In this document: piece by piece, positions 52,181-62,137 of the stretch
Layout: the number at the start of each line of letters is the position of its first letter
Numbering within the stretch: position 1 is the first letter of the stretch
Sequence record: SRR2962707_543
Direction: 5' to 3' (one strand)
DNA length: 64,000 nucleotides
Notes under the pieces: model-generated
What the model saw: only the letters and a program-made list of their open reading frames with translations
Database searches by the model: none
What the model was told of the DNA's origin: nothing
Position numbers and translations under genes: made by a program

Positions 52181-52983
52181 TCTTTCGCCCAAAGCGCATG
52201 GAAGTGATGCAGCGGTCCGTGGCCTTTGCCAACATCTAGCTGGTCTGAGGCGGCAAGGGCGCTGTGCAGATAGGCTTTGGCCATTGTGACCGCTTGAACC
52301 ATGTCGTGCTTTGGCAAAAGCGCGGCAATCGCCGCAGATAAAGTGCAGCCAGTGCCATGATCATTTGTCGTGTTGATGCGCGGCGCGGGCAAAGTATGTG
52401 TGCCGTTTTTTCCGAACAGAAGATCGGTGCTTTGATCGCTGCCTTCTAAGTGTCCACCTTTGAGCAAGACCCAATCCGAGCCGAGCGCTAACAACTCGGG
52501 CAGGGCCTTTTCCATATCTTCGGTTGTCCAATCATCGGCGCGGTTTAACAACACCGCAGCTTCCGGAAGGTTTGGCGTAATCAATGTAGTGAGTGGTATT
52601 AGCTTTTCGCGCAACGCGTCGACGGCATCCGGCGCGAGTAAATGATGGCCGCTTTTTGAAACCATGACTGGATCAAGAACCACAAAGCGCGGCTTATAAT
52701 ATGCAAGGCGTTCAGCGACGGTCTCAATGATTTGTGCATTGGCCATCATGCCTAGTTTGACCGCATCCACGCGTACATCTTCAAACACCGCATCAATCTG
52801 GTCTGCGATAAAATTTGGCTCTAAGGCAACAAAGCCGCGCACACCGCAGGTGTTTTGCGCGACGACTGCGGTTATCACACTCATAGAATAGGCACCCAGC
52901 GCGGAGAAAGCCTTTATATCGGCTTGAATGCCAGCGCCGCCAGTTGGGTCTGTTCCTGCGATGGTCAGCACATTGGCGATCAT
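52177..52983 (-). CDS. thiD: Hydroxymethylpyrimidine/phosphomethylpyrimidine kinase
   Basis: TIAGTDPTGGAGIQAD, LDPVM, TPNLPEA, KGGH, HGTGCTLS motifs. Confidence 0.95.
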   Translation of the reverse strand: MIANVLTIAGTDPTGGAGIQADIKAFSALGAYSMSVITAVVAQNTCGVRGFVALEPNFIADQIDAVFEDVRVDAVKLGMMANAQIIETVAERLAYYKPRFVVLDPVMVSKSGHHLLAPDAVDALREKLIPLTTLITPNLPEAAVLLNRADDWTTEDMEKALPELLALGSDWVLLKGGHLEGSDQSTDLLFGKNGTHTLPAPRINTTNDHGTGCTLSAAIAALLPKHDMVQAVTMAKAYLHSALAASDQLDVGKGHGPLHHFHALWAKD

Positions 52984-53237
52984 TTTGGCTATTCCTATCG
53001 GCTGCATAGTTCACGCAAATATTGCGCTTTGGATTCCACTTGGAGCTAGCGTCCTAACATGGCGCTTTATGATTTAATATGCCGCAGCACATTACGAATA
53101 TGTAAAGTGCACAAAGCGAAATTTCATCGTATTGTTTTAATCGGTCAACCAAAGCGCGCAGCATTCGCCGGTTCAACTTTTTGCTGAATTGACGCGTCTT
53201 GCGCGCAAATGTCTAACGTCACCTGAAGGGGCAAAAT

Positions 53238-53837
53238 ATGGACACGACAGCATCATTTGAGAAACACGGATTTCCCACACGCTTAGTACATGCGGGGCTT
53301 GCCCTGACGATTATTGCTAATCTGTTTTTAAGCCTCGTTATGGAAGGGCCACGCCGCGATCAAGCTGGCGATTTATTCTTCCAGTTCCATCGATATATTG
53401 GCATTGCCGCATTTTTCTTGGCGATTGCTTTTTGGGTCGTCGTATTCTTGCGCAAGCGCGGCACGGCGCTTGGTTTGATTTTTCCTTGGTTTTCACCGGC
53501 GCGTTTGCGCGCATTGAAAGCTGATATCATTGCCCATTATAAAGCCGCGCTTAAATTCAGATTGCCGCCTTTTGAGCAAGATGGCGCTCTGTCCTCGGCT
53601 GTGCATGGTCTTGGCCTATTGCTCATGACGCTCATGGCGACCACAGGCGCGATCTTTGGCATTTCAATGCAACTCAACATGACGGATGCGACTTTCGTGC
53701 GTACTGCCATTGAGGTGCATGGAATTTTCGCCAATCTGGTTTGGGTCTATTTGATCGCCCATCTCTTGCTGGCGACTTTGCATCACTATTTGTCTCATAT
53801 GAGCATTCGCGAAATGTGGTCACTTAAACAGAAATAA
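53238..53837 (+). CDS. Cytochrome b561-like di-haem membrane protein
   Basis: Four TM segments with His in RLVH, FHRYIG, VHGL, EVH and AHL..LHH. Confidence 0.8.
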   Translation: MDTTASFEKHGFPTRLVHAGLALTIIANLFLSLVMEGPRRDQAGDLFFQFHRYIGIAAFFLAIAFWVVVFLRKRGTALGLIFPWFSPARLRALKADIIAHYKAALKFRLPPFEQDGALSSAVHGLGLLLMTLMATTGAIFGISMQLNMTDATFVRTAIEVHGIFANLVWVYLIAHLLLATLHHYLSHMSIREMWSLKQK

Positions 53838-53855
53838 TACGCCGCTGTTAAAATG

Positions 53856-54332
53856 CTATTTAAGCCCGATGAATCGGCCGAGTCTTTCGGGCTTTGGCAG
53901 CGCTTTATGATCGTTGAACATCTCGGCAATTTTCTTGGAAACGGCATCTGGAAAGGAAGCAACGCGCGGACCTGATTGATCAATATGCAGCCACATCATT
54001 TCGGATGTCGCAGCAGTCCAACCATCTGAATGATGAAGCTCGAAATAAATGTGCATCCGCTTTTGATCATAAGCTATGATTTGGAATGTGCAGCGCACCG
54101 TATCTTCTAGTTTCAATTCACGTAAATAGCAGACATGGGTTTCTGCCGCATAGATCGTATGATTGCTTCGTTTGAGGTAATCCTCGCCTAAGCCTAAATG
54201 CATCGCGGCCTCTTCGCCGCATCGATCAAACAGTACGTGGTAGAAAGCCAAATTGAGGTGACCATTATAGTCGATCCATTCTGGCTCAAGTTGCATTTCT
54301 TTGGAAATAAACGGGACGTTGTTTGATGGCAT
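53856..54332 (-). CDS. Acyl-CoA thioesterase (4HBT/hot-dog fold)
   Basis: WIDYNGHLNLAFY motif. Confidence 0.85.
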   Translation of the reverse strand: MPSNNVPFISKEMQLEPEWIDYNGHLNLAFYHVLFDRCGEEAAMHLGLGEDYLKRSNHTIYAAETHVCYLRELKLEDTVRCTFQIIAYDQKRMHIYFELHHSDGWTAATSEMMWLHIDQSGPRVASFPDAVSKKIAEMFNDHKALPKPERLGRFIGLK

Positions 54333-54445
54333 TTTAAACTCTAATTGGCGTTTTTCATTACATTAGACTATTGAGACAATTAGCGCTAATGCTGGCCGCC
54401 AATCTTTGCCCTTTAGGGCCGCATCAATGAACTGTCTGCCTTAAA

Positions 54446-55486
54446 ATGTATAATGAAGCTCTGAAAAATATCGGAAAAATTTTTTCCATCGCACCTATGA
54501 TGGACTGGACAGACCGTCATTGCCGGTATTTTCACCGTCAATTAACCGCGCACGCCCTGCTTTATAGTGAGATGGTTGTGGCGGATGCGGTTATCCATGG
54601 CTATCGCCAAAGGCTTCTTGGTTTTAACGGCGAAGAACATCCTATTGCTGTGCAGCTTGGTGGTTCGGACCCTGTTAAGTTGGCCGAGGCTGCCAAAATT
54701 TGTGTCGATTTTGGCTATGATGAGATTAATCTCAATGTCGGCTGTCCGTCGGACCGTGTGCAATCGGGCACATTCGGCGCCTGTTTGATGCGCGAACCAG
54801 CGCTCGTGGCAAGCTGTGTTGCAGCGATGAAGCAGATGGTTTCAATTCCGGTGACCGTGAAGTGCCGCATCGGCGTTGACGAGCAGGATACGGGACCAGC
54901 ACTTGATGATCTGGCTAAAATGGTTTGGGCCGAGGGCTGTGATGGGCTTTGGGTTCACGCGCGCAAAGCGTGGTTGCAAGGTCTGAGCCCTAAAGAAAAC
55001 CGCGATGTGCCGCCGCTTGATTATGGCCGTGTGCAACGTCTTAAACTTGAAAACCCTGATCGCTTTATAGGCATTAATGGCGGCCTTGAGAATGTCGAGC
55101 AAGGTGTTGATGTGATGAATGCCGGCGCTGTGGAACTCGACGGTTTGATGCTTGGCCGCGCCGCCTATCACAATCCACTATGTCTGAATGATGTTGACAA
55201 CATGCTTTATGGCGCGCCGAAAAAAGCATTTGATGCCCAAGCGCTGATCGATGCGATGTGTGACTATATTGATCGTCAACAGGCCGATGATCCCGGTGTT
55301 AAGGTCAATCACATAACGCGCCATATGGTTGGCCTTTTTCATGGCGTGGCTGGTGCGCGCCGTTACCGCCAAATTATTTCAATGGATGCCGCCAAACAAG
55401 GCGCAACCAGCAAAGTTTTGCGCGAGGCATTTTCAGTGCTTGGCGACCTTGCAAATCTTGAAGCGGATCCGCAAGCTGCGGCGTAA
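54446..55486 (+). CDS. dusA: tRNA-dihydrouridine synthase A
   Basis: APMMDWTDRHCR, NLNVGCPS, VHARKAWL.GLSPKENR motifs. Confidence 0.95.
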   Translation: MYNEALKNIGKIFSIAPMMDWTDRHCRYFHRQLTAHALLYSEMVVADAVIHGYRQRLLGFNGEEHPIAVQLGGSDPVKLAEAAKICVDFGYDEINLNVGCPSDRVQSGTFGACLMREPALVASCVAAMKQMVSIPVTVKCRIGVDEQDTGPALDDLAKMVWAEGCDGLWVHARKAWLQGLSPKENRDVPPLDYGRVQRLKLENPDRFIGINGGLENVEQGVDVMNAGAVELDGLMLGRAAYHNPLCLNDVDNMLYGAPKKAFDAQALIDAMCDYIDRQQADDPGVKVNHITRHMVGLFHGVAGARRYRQIISMDAAKQGATSKVLREAFSVLGDLANLEADPQAAA

Positions 55487-55516
55487 TCGCAATCATTACA
55501 TTTTGGAGTTTGGGCT

Positions 55517-56341
55517 GTGGGTGGGATGGATTTAACGCAGGTTTTAACCCTGCTTGGTTTTATCGCCGTAGCCGGTGTCATTGCTGGTTTTATGGCGGGG
55601 CTTTTTGGTATTGGTGGCGGCGCTATTCTCGTGCCGGTGTTTTACCAGATGTTTTTACTGGCTGGTGTGAGCGATAGCGTGGCGACCCATGTGGCCATCG
55701 GCACTTCGCTTGCAATCATAGTGCCGACGTCGCTGCGTTCTTTCCAATCACACTATAAGCGCGGCGCTGTGGATATTGGTCTCTTGCGGATCTATGTAAT
55801 TGCTATTCCCATTGGCGTGTTATTTGGCACGCTTGTTATAAAATCGATTTCACCATCGGGGCTGCGCATCGTATTTGCCTGCATAGCGACATTGGTTGCA
55901 CTGCGGTTGATGTTTAAGAATGATCGCTGGAAATTGGGCAGTGATATTCCAAAGGGGCCGGTGCCGATTGTTGCAGGCATCATTATCGGCTTTTTATCGA
56001 CCTTGATGGGCATTGGCGGCGGTGTTCTTAATAACACATTCATGACGCTTTATAATCGCTCTATTCATCAGGCGGTGGCAACTTCATCGGGGGCCGGCGT
56101 ATTAATTTCCATCCCCGCAATGATCGGCGCGATGTGGGCCGGTTGGGGCAATCCAGAACTGCCTGCATTTTCGACCGGCTACGTGAATTGGATCGGTGTC
56201 ATTATGGTGATTCCAATTACACTGTTCATGGCACCTGTTGGGGCCAATTTCGCGCACAAAATGGAAAAGCGAAAATTGGAATTCTCGTTCGGTATATTCT
56301 TGCTGATTGTTGCAGCGCGCTTTGTTTATAGCGTTCTTTAA
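55517..56341 (+). CDS. TauE/SafE (TSUP) family membrane protein
   Basis: Duplicated GLFGIGGG / LMGIGGG motifs; AIGTSL. Confidence 0.88.
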   Translation: MGGMDLTQVLTLLGFIAVAGVIAGFMAGLFGIGGGAILVPVFYQMFLLAGVSDSVATHVAIGTSLAIIVPTSLRSFQSHYKRGAVDIGLLRIYVIAIPIGVLFGTLVIKSISPSGLRIVFACIATLVALRLMFKNDRWKLGSDIPKGPVPIVAGIIIGFLSTLMGIGGGVLNNTFMTLYNRSIHQAVATSSGAGVLISIPAMIGAMWAGWGNPELPAFSTGYVNWIGVIMVIPITLFMAPVGANFAHKMEKRKLEFSFGIFLLIVAARFVYSVL

Positions 56342-57030
56342 TCCCGCAGAATGAGGCGATCGCGGCGCACATCAAAGCCGGACAGCGTATCAAGGAAGTT
56401 CATGCCCAAAAGGTTGTTGAACAATTGACCCTGCTCAGCGACCAAGGCAGAAACATTGTTCCTGCTAATGCCACCGATTTGCACAGTATCAAGGCGAACC
56501 GGCGCAGCCTTTGCGACGCCGTTTGCCGTTGAAACCGGTACGCTAAAGGTCAGGTTTTCAGGCGATAGGCCGACCTGCATGGCGGTTTTAAATGTCAAAA
56601 CCACTGTTGTTGCGCCTGTATCGACCACAAATTCCATATTCTTTCCGTTGATCTTGCCTTCAGTTTCAAAATGCGAACCGTTTTTAGCCACTTGCACTGT
56701 CTGGTCGCCATTTTCATCCACGGATGTGACAGCAACACCCGGGATCAGACCCGCACTGATGCGGCTTGCTGCGTTTTGTAATTCGTAACGATATTCATAG
56801 GCGGCGACAAACACAACGATAATAGAAAGCCAAATGATCGCTTGTTTTGCCATCGTGCCAAACCGTTCGCGGCTGGCCAAAAATCCGGATGCAAGAACGG
56901 TGAAAATAGTGCCGTAAAAAACGAGGCCGGCGAATTTTTCGCTCTCCATTCCAGCAATATTACCGTCGTCACCAATAATGAACAGAGCAGCCAATGCTGC
57001 GGCTATGATGCCATAAATGACCCAAAGCAT
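56338..57030 (-). CDS. Clan AA aspartic protease (TIGR02281 family)
   Basis: Three N-terminal TM segments; VDTGA, TANG, LLGMNFL motifs. Confidence 0.9.
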   Translation of the reverse strand: MLWVIYGIIAAALAALFIIGDDGNIAGMESEKFAGLVFYGTIFTVLASGFLASRERFGTMAKQAIIWLSIIVVFVAAYEYRYELQNAASRISAGLIPGVAVTSVDENGDQTVQVAKNGSHFETEGKINGKNMEFVVDTGATTVVLTFKTAMQVGLSPENLTFSVPVSTANGVAKAAPVRLDTVQIGGISRNNVSALVAEQGQLFNNLLGMNFLDTLSGFDVRRDRLILRD

Positions 57031-57266
57031 TAGGATTGCCCGCTGGTGTTATCAATGCGGTTCTTTGCCATGCGTTGGCGCTTGGTTTCGCGGCGCGGGC
57101 GCTTTTCTAAGCTTGCAACACGCTCAGGCAGAATTTCCATAAGTTCGCGGCGGCGTTCTGGCGGGTACATAGTCCAAGCTGCAATTTCATCGCGCGTACG
57201 TCCGCAGCCGTGGCAAAAGCCACTCTCCATGTCTATTGAACAGATTAAGATGCAGGGCGATTCCAT
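57030..57266 (-). CDS. DUF1289 family protein
   Basis: SPCILIC...CHGCGRTRDEIAAW motif. Confidence 0.88.
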   Translation of the reverse strand: MESPCILICSIDMESGFCHGCGRTRDEIAAWTMYPPERRRELMEILPERVASLEKRPRRETKRQRMAKNRIDNTSGQS

Positions 57267-57295
57267 TTTGATCCTAGCGGCTTTAATGTCTTAGC

Positions 57296-58093
57296 TTAAG
57301 TAAGAGGCAATACTTGCATTGCAAGTCCAATGAGTACTGCAATCTCGACGACCTGCTGACAGGCGCCTAGTGTATCACCGGTTTGACCGCCAATCATTTT
57401 TTGGCACAGCTTTTGGACGGCAATAAGGCTAATAAGTCCGAGTCCAATCGCCATGCTCGTTGCGATAAAACCAACGCTCACAAAGCCAAAAATGACAAGC
57501 ACGCCAAGGCCTGTAATTGCCGCAATGGATACGGCGTTTTCTGCTGGTTTACCTACCTTAGCCGCAACGCCCTCTGCGCGCACATTGGGTAATTCGTTCC
57601 ACATCCACACCATGGCTGCGCGCGACACAGCGCTTGCTGCGATGAAAACGAAGAGACCGGCAAATGCGCCGTGAGAGGCGGTGATGGCGGCAAGGGCAGA
57701 TATGCGCAAAACAATGCTGCCAATCAGTACAATAACGCCGTAAGTTCCAAGCGTTGAATCCTTCATGATCTTAAGACGGCGCTCAATATCCTTGCCGCCG
57801 CCAAAGCCATCGGCAATATCAGCAAGACCATCTTCATGCAGTGCGCCGGTTACCGCAATTGTTGTTAAAATGGCAATTGTCGCGCTAATCCATGCTGTTA
57901 AACCCAAAGAATGGGCAGCAACCAATGCTGCGCCGCCAATCGTGCCGATCACAATGCCTGCGAGAGGATAAAAGCCTGCCGTTTGGTTGGCATGGTCCGG
58001 CTGGTAGTTTTTGAAAAAACGCGCTGGAATTGGCAAACGCGTTAGAAACGCAAGGGCGCGAGCGGTTTCATCAATTACGCTGAGATATTTCAT
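57296..58093 (-). CDS. cobS: Adenosylcobinamide-GDP ribazoletransferase
   Basis: FLTRLP, GALHEDGLAD..DG, IMKDS, GGQTGDTLGA motifs. Confidence 0.93.
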   Translation of the reverse strand: MKYLSVIDETARALAFLTRLPIPARFFKNYQPDHANQTAGFYPLAGIVIGTIGGAALVAAHSLGLTAWISATIAILTTIAVTGALHEDGLADIADGFGGGKDIERRLKIMKDSTLGTYGVIVLIGSIVLRISALAAITASHGAFAGLFVFIAASAVSRAAMVWMWNELPNVRAEGVAAKVGKPAENAVSIAAITGLGVLVIFGFVSVGFIATSMAIGLGLISLIAVQKLCQKMIGGQTGDTLGACQQVVEIAVLIGLAMQVLPLT

Positions 58094-58139
58094 GCATATT
58101 CTCTTTAATGGTTGCGACAGGCTGGGCCGGTTTTAGGCT

Positions 58140-58170
58140 TTAGTTCTTATACTCATTGGGTTAGTTCTTA
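58140..58170. repeat. 10-bp direct repeat TTAGTTCTTA x2, 21-bp period
   Basis: Copies at 58140-58149 and 58161-58170 in the cobS/cobT intergenic region. Confidence 0.6.
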
Positions 58171-58202
58171 GCCTCTTACCATAGATTCGATAGGTTGTGC
58201 TT

Positions 58203-59216
58203 ATGACTTCTGGTTTGCCGTTTGATGATTTCCGCGCGCTGATGCGTAATTTGCCTGGACCTGCTGTTGAAGCGGTTGAAGCGGTTAGGCAGCGCGATGC
58301 TGTTTTAACTAAACCAGCAGGCTCGCTTGGCCGTCTGGAAGAAATTGCTGAATGGTTGGCAGCATGGACCGGCCGCGCGCCAGCGGTGACGCGGCCATTG
58401 GTTGCGGTTTTTGCTGGCAATCACGGCGTCATGGCAAAAGGTGTTTCGCTATTTCCTGCCGCAGTGACCGCGCAAATGGTTGAAAACTTTTCTGCTGGCG
58501 GTGCGGCGATCAACCAAATCTGCATCGCGCATGACTTGGGGCTCAAAGTTTTCGATTTGGCTTTGGATATTCCCACTGAAGATATCAGCGAAGCGCCAGC
58601 AATGGATGAGCGCACATGCGCCGCGACAATGGCTTTTGGCATGGAAAGCATTGCTGGTGGAACCGATCTTCTTTGTCTCGGTGAAATGGGCATCGGCAAC
58701 ACGACCATTGCGGCGGCCATTTTCTATGCGCTTTATGGCGGTGAAGCTGAAGATTGGGTTGGTGCCGGTACAGGCGCTGACGCAAAAGGTATTCAGCATA
58801 AGGCCGATGTTATTCGTCAGGCCATTGCATTGCACAAAGACCATTTGAAAGACCCATTCGAGGTTTTGCGCCGTTTAGGTGGACGTGAAATCGCAGCGAT
58901 GGTGGGCGCGATCATGGCTGCGCGCATCGAGCGTATTCCGGTCATCATTGATGGTTTTGTTGTTACATCTGCGGCAGCGATTGTTCATACGATGGATCCA
59001 ACAGGTATCGATCATTGCCTTATGGGCCATGTCTCTGCAGAACAGGCGCACCGCCGCGCCGTTGAAAAGCTAGGTAAGAAACCATTGCTCGATCTTGGCA
59101 TGCGGCTAGGCGAGGGCAGCGGCGCTGCATTGGCGGCAGGCATCGTGAAAGCGGCAGCGCTTTGCCATAGCGGCATGGCGACCTTTGATCAGGCCGGTGT
59201 TTCCAACAAGGAATAG
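58203..59216 (+). CDS. cobT: Nicotinate-nucleotide--dimethylbenzimidazole phosphoribosyltransferase
   Basis: LTKPAGSLGRLE, GEMGIGNTT, RLGEGSG motifs. Confidence 0.95.
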   Translation: MTSGLPFDDFRALMRNLPGPAVEAVEAVRQRDAVLTKPAGSLGRLEEIAEWLAAWTGRAPAVTRPLVAVFAGNHGVMAKGVSLFPAAVTAQMVENFSAGGAAINQICIAHDLGLKVFDLALDIPTEDISEAPAMDERTCAATMAFGMESIAGGTDLLCLGEMGIGNTTIAAAIFYALYGGEAEDWVGAGTGADAKGIQHKADVIRQAIALHKDHLKDPFEVLRRLGGREIAAMVGAIMAARIERIPVIIDGFVVTSAAAIVHTMDPTGIDHCLMGHVSAEQAHRRAVEKLGKKPLLDLGMRLGEGSGAALAAGIVKAAALCHSGMATFDQAGVSNKE

Positions 59217-59231
59217 AAGCCGAACGAAAAG

Positions 59232-60791
59232 CTAAGCAGCTTCGTGCGTATTCTTTCTTGGAATGCGCATTGCTGGTTTTTTAACTGGAGGCTGCTCACC
59301 AATTGGTTCAGCCGGTAGCTCATTGAGCACCCTTGAGGCAGGGAACATGGCGATGGCATCCGTGCCTTCGCGCAGTTTTGAGCTCAGGTGGAAAGTACCA
59401 TTGTGCATGGCCAGAAGGGCCTGAACAATAGGCAAGCCAAGGCCCGTGCCTTGTTCCGCGCTTTTTATCGCGATGGAGCCTTGGCCGAAGGCCGACAGCA
59501 CGATGGGAATTTCTTCAGGTGCAATTCCTGGGCCGTTGTCGCTGACGGTTACATATTGGCCGCCGGATGCAGTCCAGCCGACAATGATTTTGATCTTGCC
59601 TTTGGAGGGCGTGAACTTAACCGCATTGGACAGAAGGTTGAGAATGATTTGGCGTAAGGCCCGTTCATCAGCCAAAATACGGGGCAGGTTTTCCTCAAAT
59701 ATGGGTTCAATCACGATGTCTTTCTGCTCAACACGCAGGCGGATAAGAGAAATGCAATCATCAACGATATTGGTAAGGCGCAGCGCTTCTTCTCTCATTT
59801 CATATTTGCCAGCTTCAACGCGGCTCAAATCAAGTATCTCGTTGATCAGGTTGAGAAGATGCTTGCCAGATGAATGGATGTCGCCCGCATAACCCTTATA
59901 GGTTTCGTTGCCCAATGGCCCTAATAATTCGGTGCTCATGGTCTCTGAAAAGCCCAAAATAGCATTGAGCGGTGTGCGCAATTCATGGCTCATGGAAGCA
60001 AGAAAACGCGATTTGGCAAGGTTTGCCTCTTCTGCGCGGCGGCGTGCTTCGTCTGAAATCGACTTGGCCATTTCAAGCTCTGCAATCAATGAATCATTTT
60101 CCGTTCGATAGGAAAGACCAATCACGGTTGATCGATTGAGGCGGTCAGCGAGGGCTGTAAAAAATAGGAGTGATGCAAACATCAAAACGGTTGATGGGAT
60201 CGCATAGGTGCTGCCGGAGTTCAAATAAGTCAAGGAGAATGCCAGAACAGGCGGACCTGCTGCTGCAATAATTGAAAATGGCATTGTATAGGAAATCGTG
60301 GCGGTGACAGCGATGCTGATGACCATCATAACCGCTTTAAAAAAGATGATTTCATCTGGCCCGCAGCTGTCGCAGGAGATCACCGTAAACGGGACCCAAG
60401 CAAGGCCGACAATCAAGTGCCCAAGCAATAGTATATTGCGCCATTTAGGCACTTCACCATCTCGCTTTTTGTTAAGGCAGCGCTGCGCCATGAGACCAAG
60501 CACAGCATGGCTGGCCGTGCTGATAATAGCGACGATTACGAGCTCAGAACCAAAACCCAAACCAAGCCCTGCGGCGGTCGCTAAAACGATGAGCGCGGGA
60601 ATGGCAAAGACTGCTGAGACAATTGAATGCGCGTGCAGGCGCAAAAGTTCAGCCGAAAACTCAGGCTTTTTCAATGATTTAGCAACGAGACGCTCACGGT
60701 TTTGCTTGACCGTTTTACGCAGTTCTCCCTTGCGACCAGTCGGACGACGGTCGATAATTGTTTTATCAGGGAGATTATTCAACGGTATCAT
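59232..60791 (-). CDS. Membrane sensor histidine kinase of the PleC/DivJ homologue family (PdhS2/CbrB-like)
   Basis: AEEANLAKSRFLASMSHELRTPLNAILGFSE H-box, NAVKF, DNGPG, GTGLGL. Position next to cobT is as I recall for rhizobial pdhS2/cbrB. Start uncertain. Confidence 0.85.
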   Translation of the reverse strand: MIPLNNLPDKTIIDRRPTGRKGELRKTVKQNRERLVAKSLKKPEFSAELLRLHAHSIVSAVFAIPALIVLATAAGLGLGFGSELVIVAIISTASHAVLGLMAQRCLNKKRDGEVPKWRNILLLGHLIVGLAWVPFTVISCDSCGPDEIIFFKAVMMVISIAVTATISYTMPFSIIAAAGPPVLAFSLTYLNSGSTYAIPSTVLMFASLLFFTALADRLNRSTVIGLSYRTENDSLIAELEMAKSISDEARRRAEEANLAKSRFLASMSHELRTPLNAILGFSETMSTELLGPLGNETYKGYAGDIHSSGKHLLNLINEILDLSRVEAGKYEMREEALRLTNIVDDCISLIRLRVEQKDIVIEPIFEENLPRILADERALRQIILNLLSNAVKFTPSKGKIKIIVGWTASGGQYVTVSDNGPGIAPEEIPIVLSAFGQGSIAIKSAEQGTGLGLPIVQALLAMHNGTFHLSSKLREGTDAIAMFPASRVLNELPAEPIGEQPPVKKPAMRIPRKNTHEAA

Positions 60792-60911
60792 AAACTTATA
60801 TCTTGTGGACCATAGTTTCGCAGATCGTCTGTGAGTTTGTCGCTTTGCAGCGCGCACTATACTTTCTAAAAGGTTAAGAACTCCCTTAGCGGGTTATAAT
60901 TTGCCGATAAA

Positions 60912-61505
60912 ATGAGGGCTAAAATGCGCCGCCGAAAACGCAGTATTTGGGATGTTTTGGCTGCTTTTTGTCTTCTCGGCGTGGTCGCGTTTTTTGCTGC
61001 GTGGCTGCAAAGCAAAAATGCTGAAATCGTTGAAGCGCCGATGCGCGTTGTTGATGGCGATAGTCTGGCCGCAAATGACATTAAAATCCGGCTCATCGGC
61101 ATTGATGCACCTGAACTAAAGCAAATTTGCCAGCGTGCGGATGGGCCTTATGCGTGCGGTGCTGCTTCTAAGGCGTTTTTGCGCGGATTAATTTCGGATG
61201 ATCTAGCCATAAGATGTGCTGGTGAGGGACATGACAAATATGGCAGGCTGCTGGCAGAGTGTTTTGTCGGTGATGTGAATTTAAACCGCGAAATGATATC
61301 GGCAGGATGGGCAATTTCTTATGGTGGCTATGGCGCACAGGAAACGATAGCGCGATTGCAAAAGCGGGGCCTTTGGGGTGGAGAGTTTGATCGCCCAGAT
61401 CGGTGGCGCGCTGTGCATGGCGGTATGATTGAAGTGCAACACGGTGCTATGTTTGAACGTTTGCGGCGCTGGTTTATGGGGTTAATTAAGGGAGAAAATG
61501 AATGA
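60912..61505 (+). CDS. Thermonuclease (SNase) family protein
   Basis: N-terminal TM; VVDGDS, IRLIGIDAPE, DKYGRLL motifs. Confidence 0.9.
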   Translation: MRAKMRRRKRSIWDVLAAFCLLGVVAFFAAWLQSKNAEIVEAPMRVVDGDSLAANDIKIRLIGIDAPELKQICQRADGPYACGAASKAFLRGLISDDLAIRCAGEGHDKYGRLLAECFVGDVNLNREMISAGWAISYGGYGAQETIARLQKRGLWGGEFDRPDRWRAVHGGMIEVQHGAMFERLRRWFMGLIKGENE

Positions 61506-62137
61506 TGAACCTCGATGCGAAAGACCATGTTTTATATGATGGTGGCCGCGCGCCAAATCCGCGCCGCGTCGCAATGTTTCTTCGCGAAAAGGGTATCGAA
61601 GTAACAATAGTACCTGTTGATATGGGTGCGATGGATCATAAATCTGATTCAATTCGCGCTCTTAACCCGCTGATGCAAATGCCTTTATTGCAATTGCCTG
61701 ATGGCGATGTTTTGACTGAAACCGTTGCCATTTGTCGCTATTTTGAGATGCTTTACCCAACGCCGGCTCTTTTGGGTGTTGGCGCCAAAGGTGCAGCGGT
61801 TTGTGAAATGTGGCAGCGCCGCGTTGAGTTGCAGTTCTTGATGCCGGTCGCTCAAGCCTTCCGTCATACGCATCCGGCGATGAAGGAATGGGAGGTGCCG
61901 CAGGTGGTAGAATGGGGCGAAGCAAACAGACCAAAAGCGCAAGCCTTCGCGCGGCTTTTAAATAATCAGCTGGCGGACAATGAGTTTATTGCGGGCGACG
62001 CTTTTTCTATCGCCGATATCACGGGCATTATTGCCGTGGATTTTTCCAAGCCAGCGCGCATCCAATATGAAGATGATCTCACGCATTTCCATCGTTGGGT
62101 CGAAGCGACACGGGCGCGGGCAAGTTATCAACCGTGA
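61502..62137 (+). CDS. Glutathione S-transferase family protein
   Basis: APNPRRV, NP..MP.L, ETVAI, FSIADI motifs. Confidence 0.9.
   Translation: MMNLDAKDHVLYDGGRAPNPRRVAMFLREKGIEVTIVPVDMGAMDHKSDSIRALNPLMQMPLLQLPDGDVLTETVAICRYFEMLYPTPALLGVGAKGAAVCEMWQRRVELQFLMPVAQAFRHTHPAMKEWEVPQVVEWGEANRPKAQAFARLLNNQLADNEFIAGDAFSIADITGIIAVDFSKPARIQYEDDLTHFHRWVEATRARASYQP

Noticed and set aside
60865-60900. Possible CtrA site upstream of the kinase
   Set aside because: Only a TTAACC half-site; the partner is degenerate and spaced N8 rather than N7.
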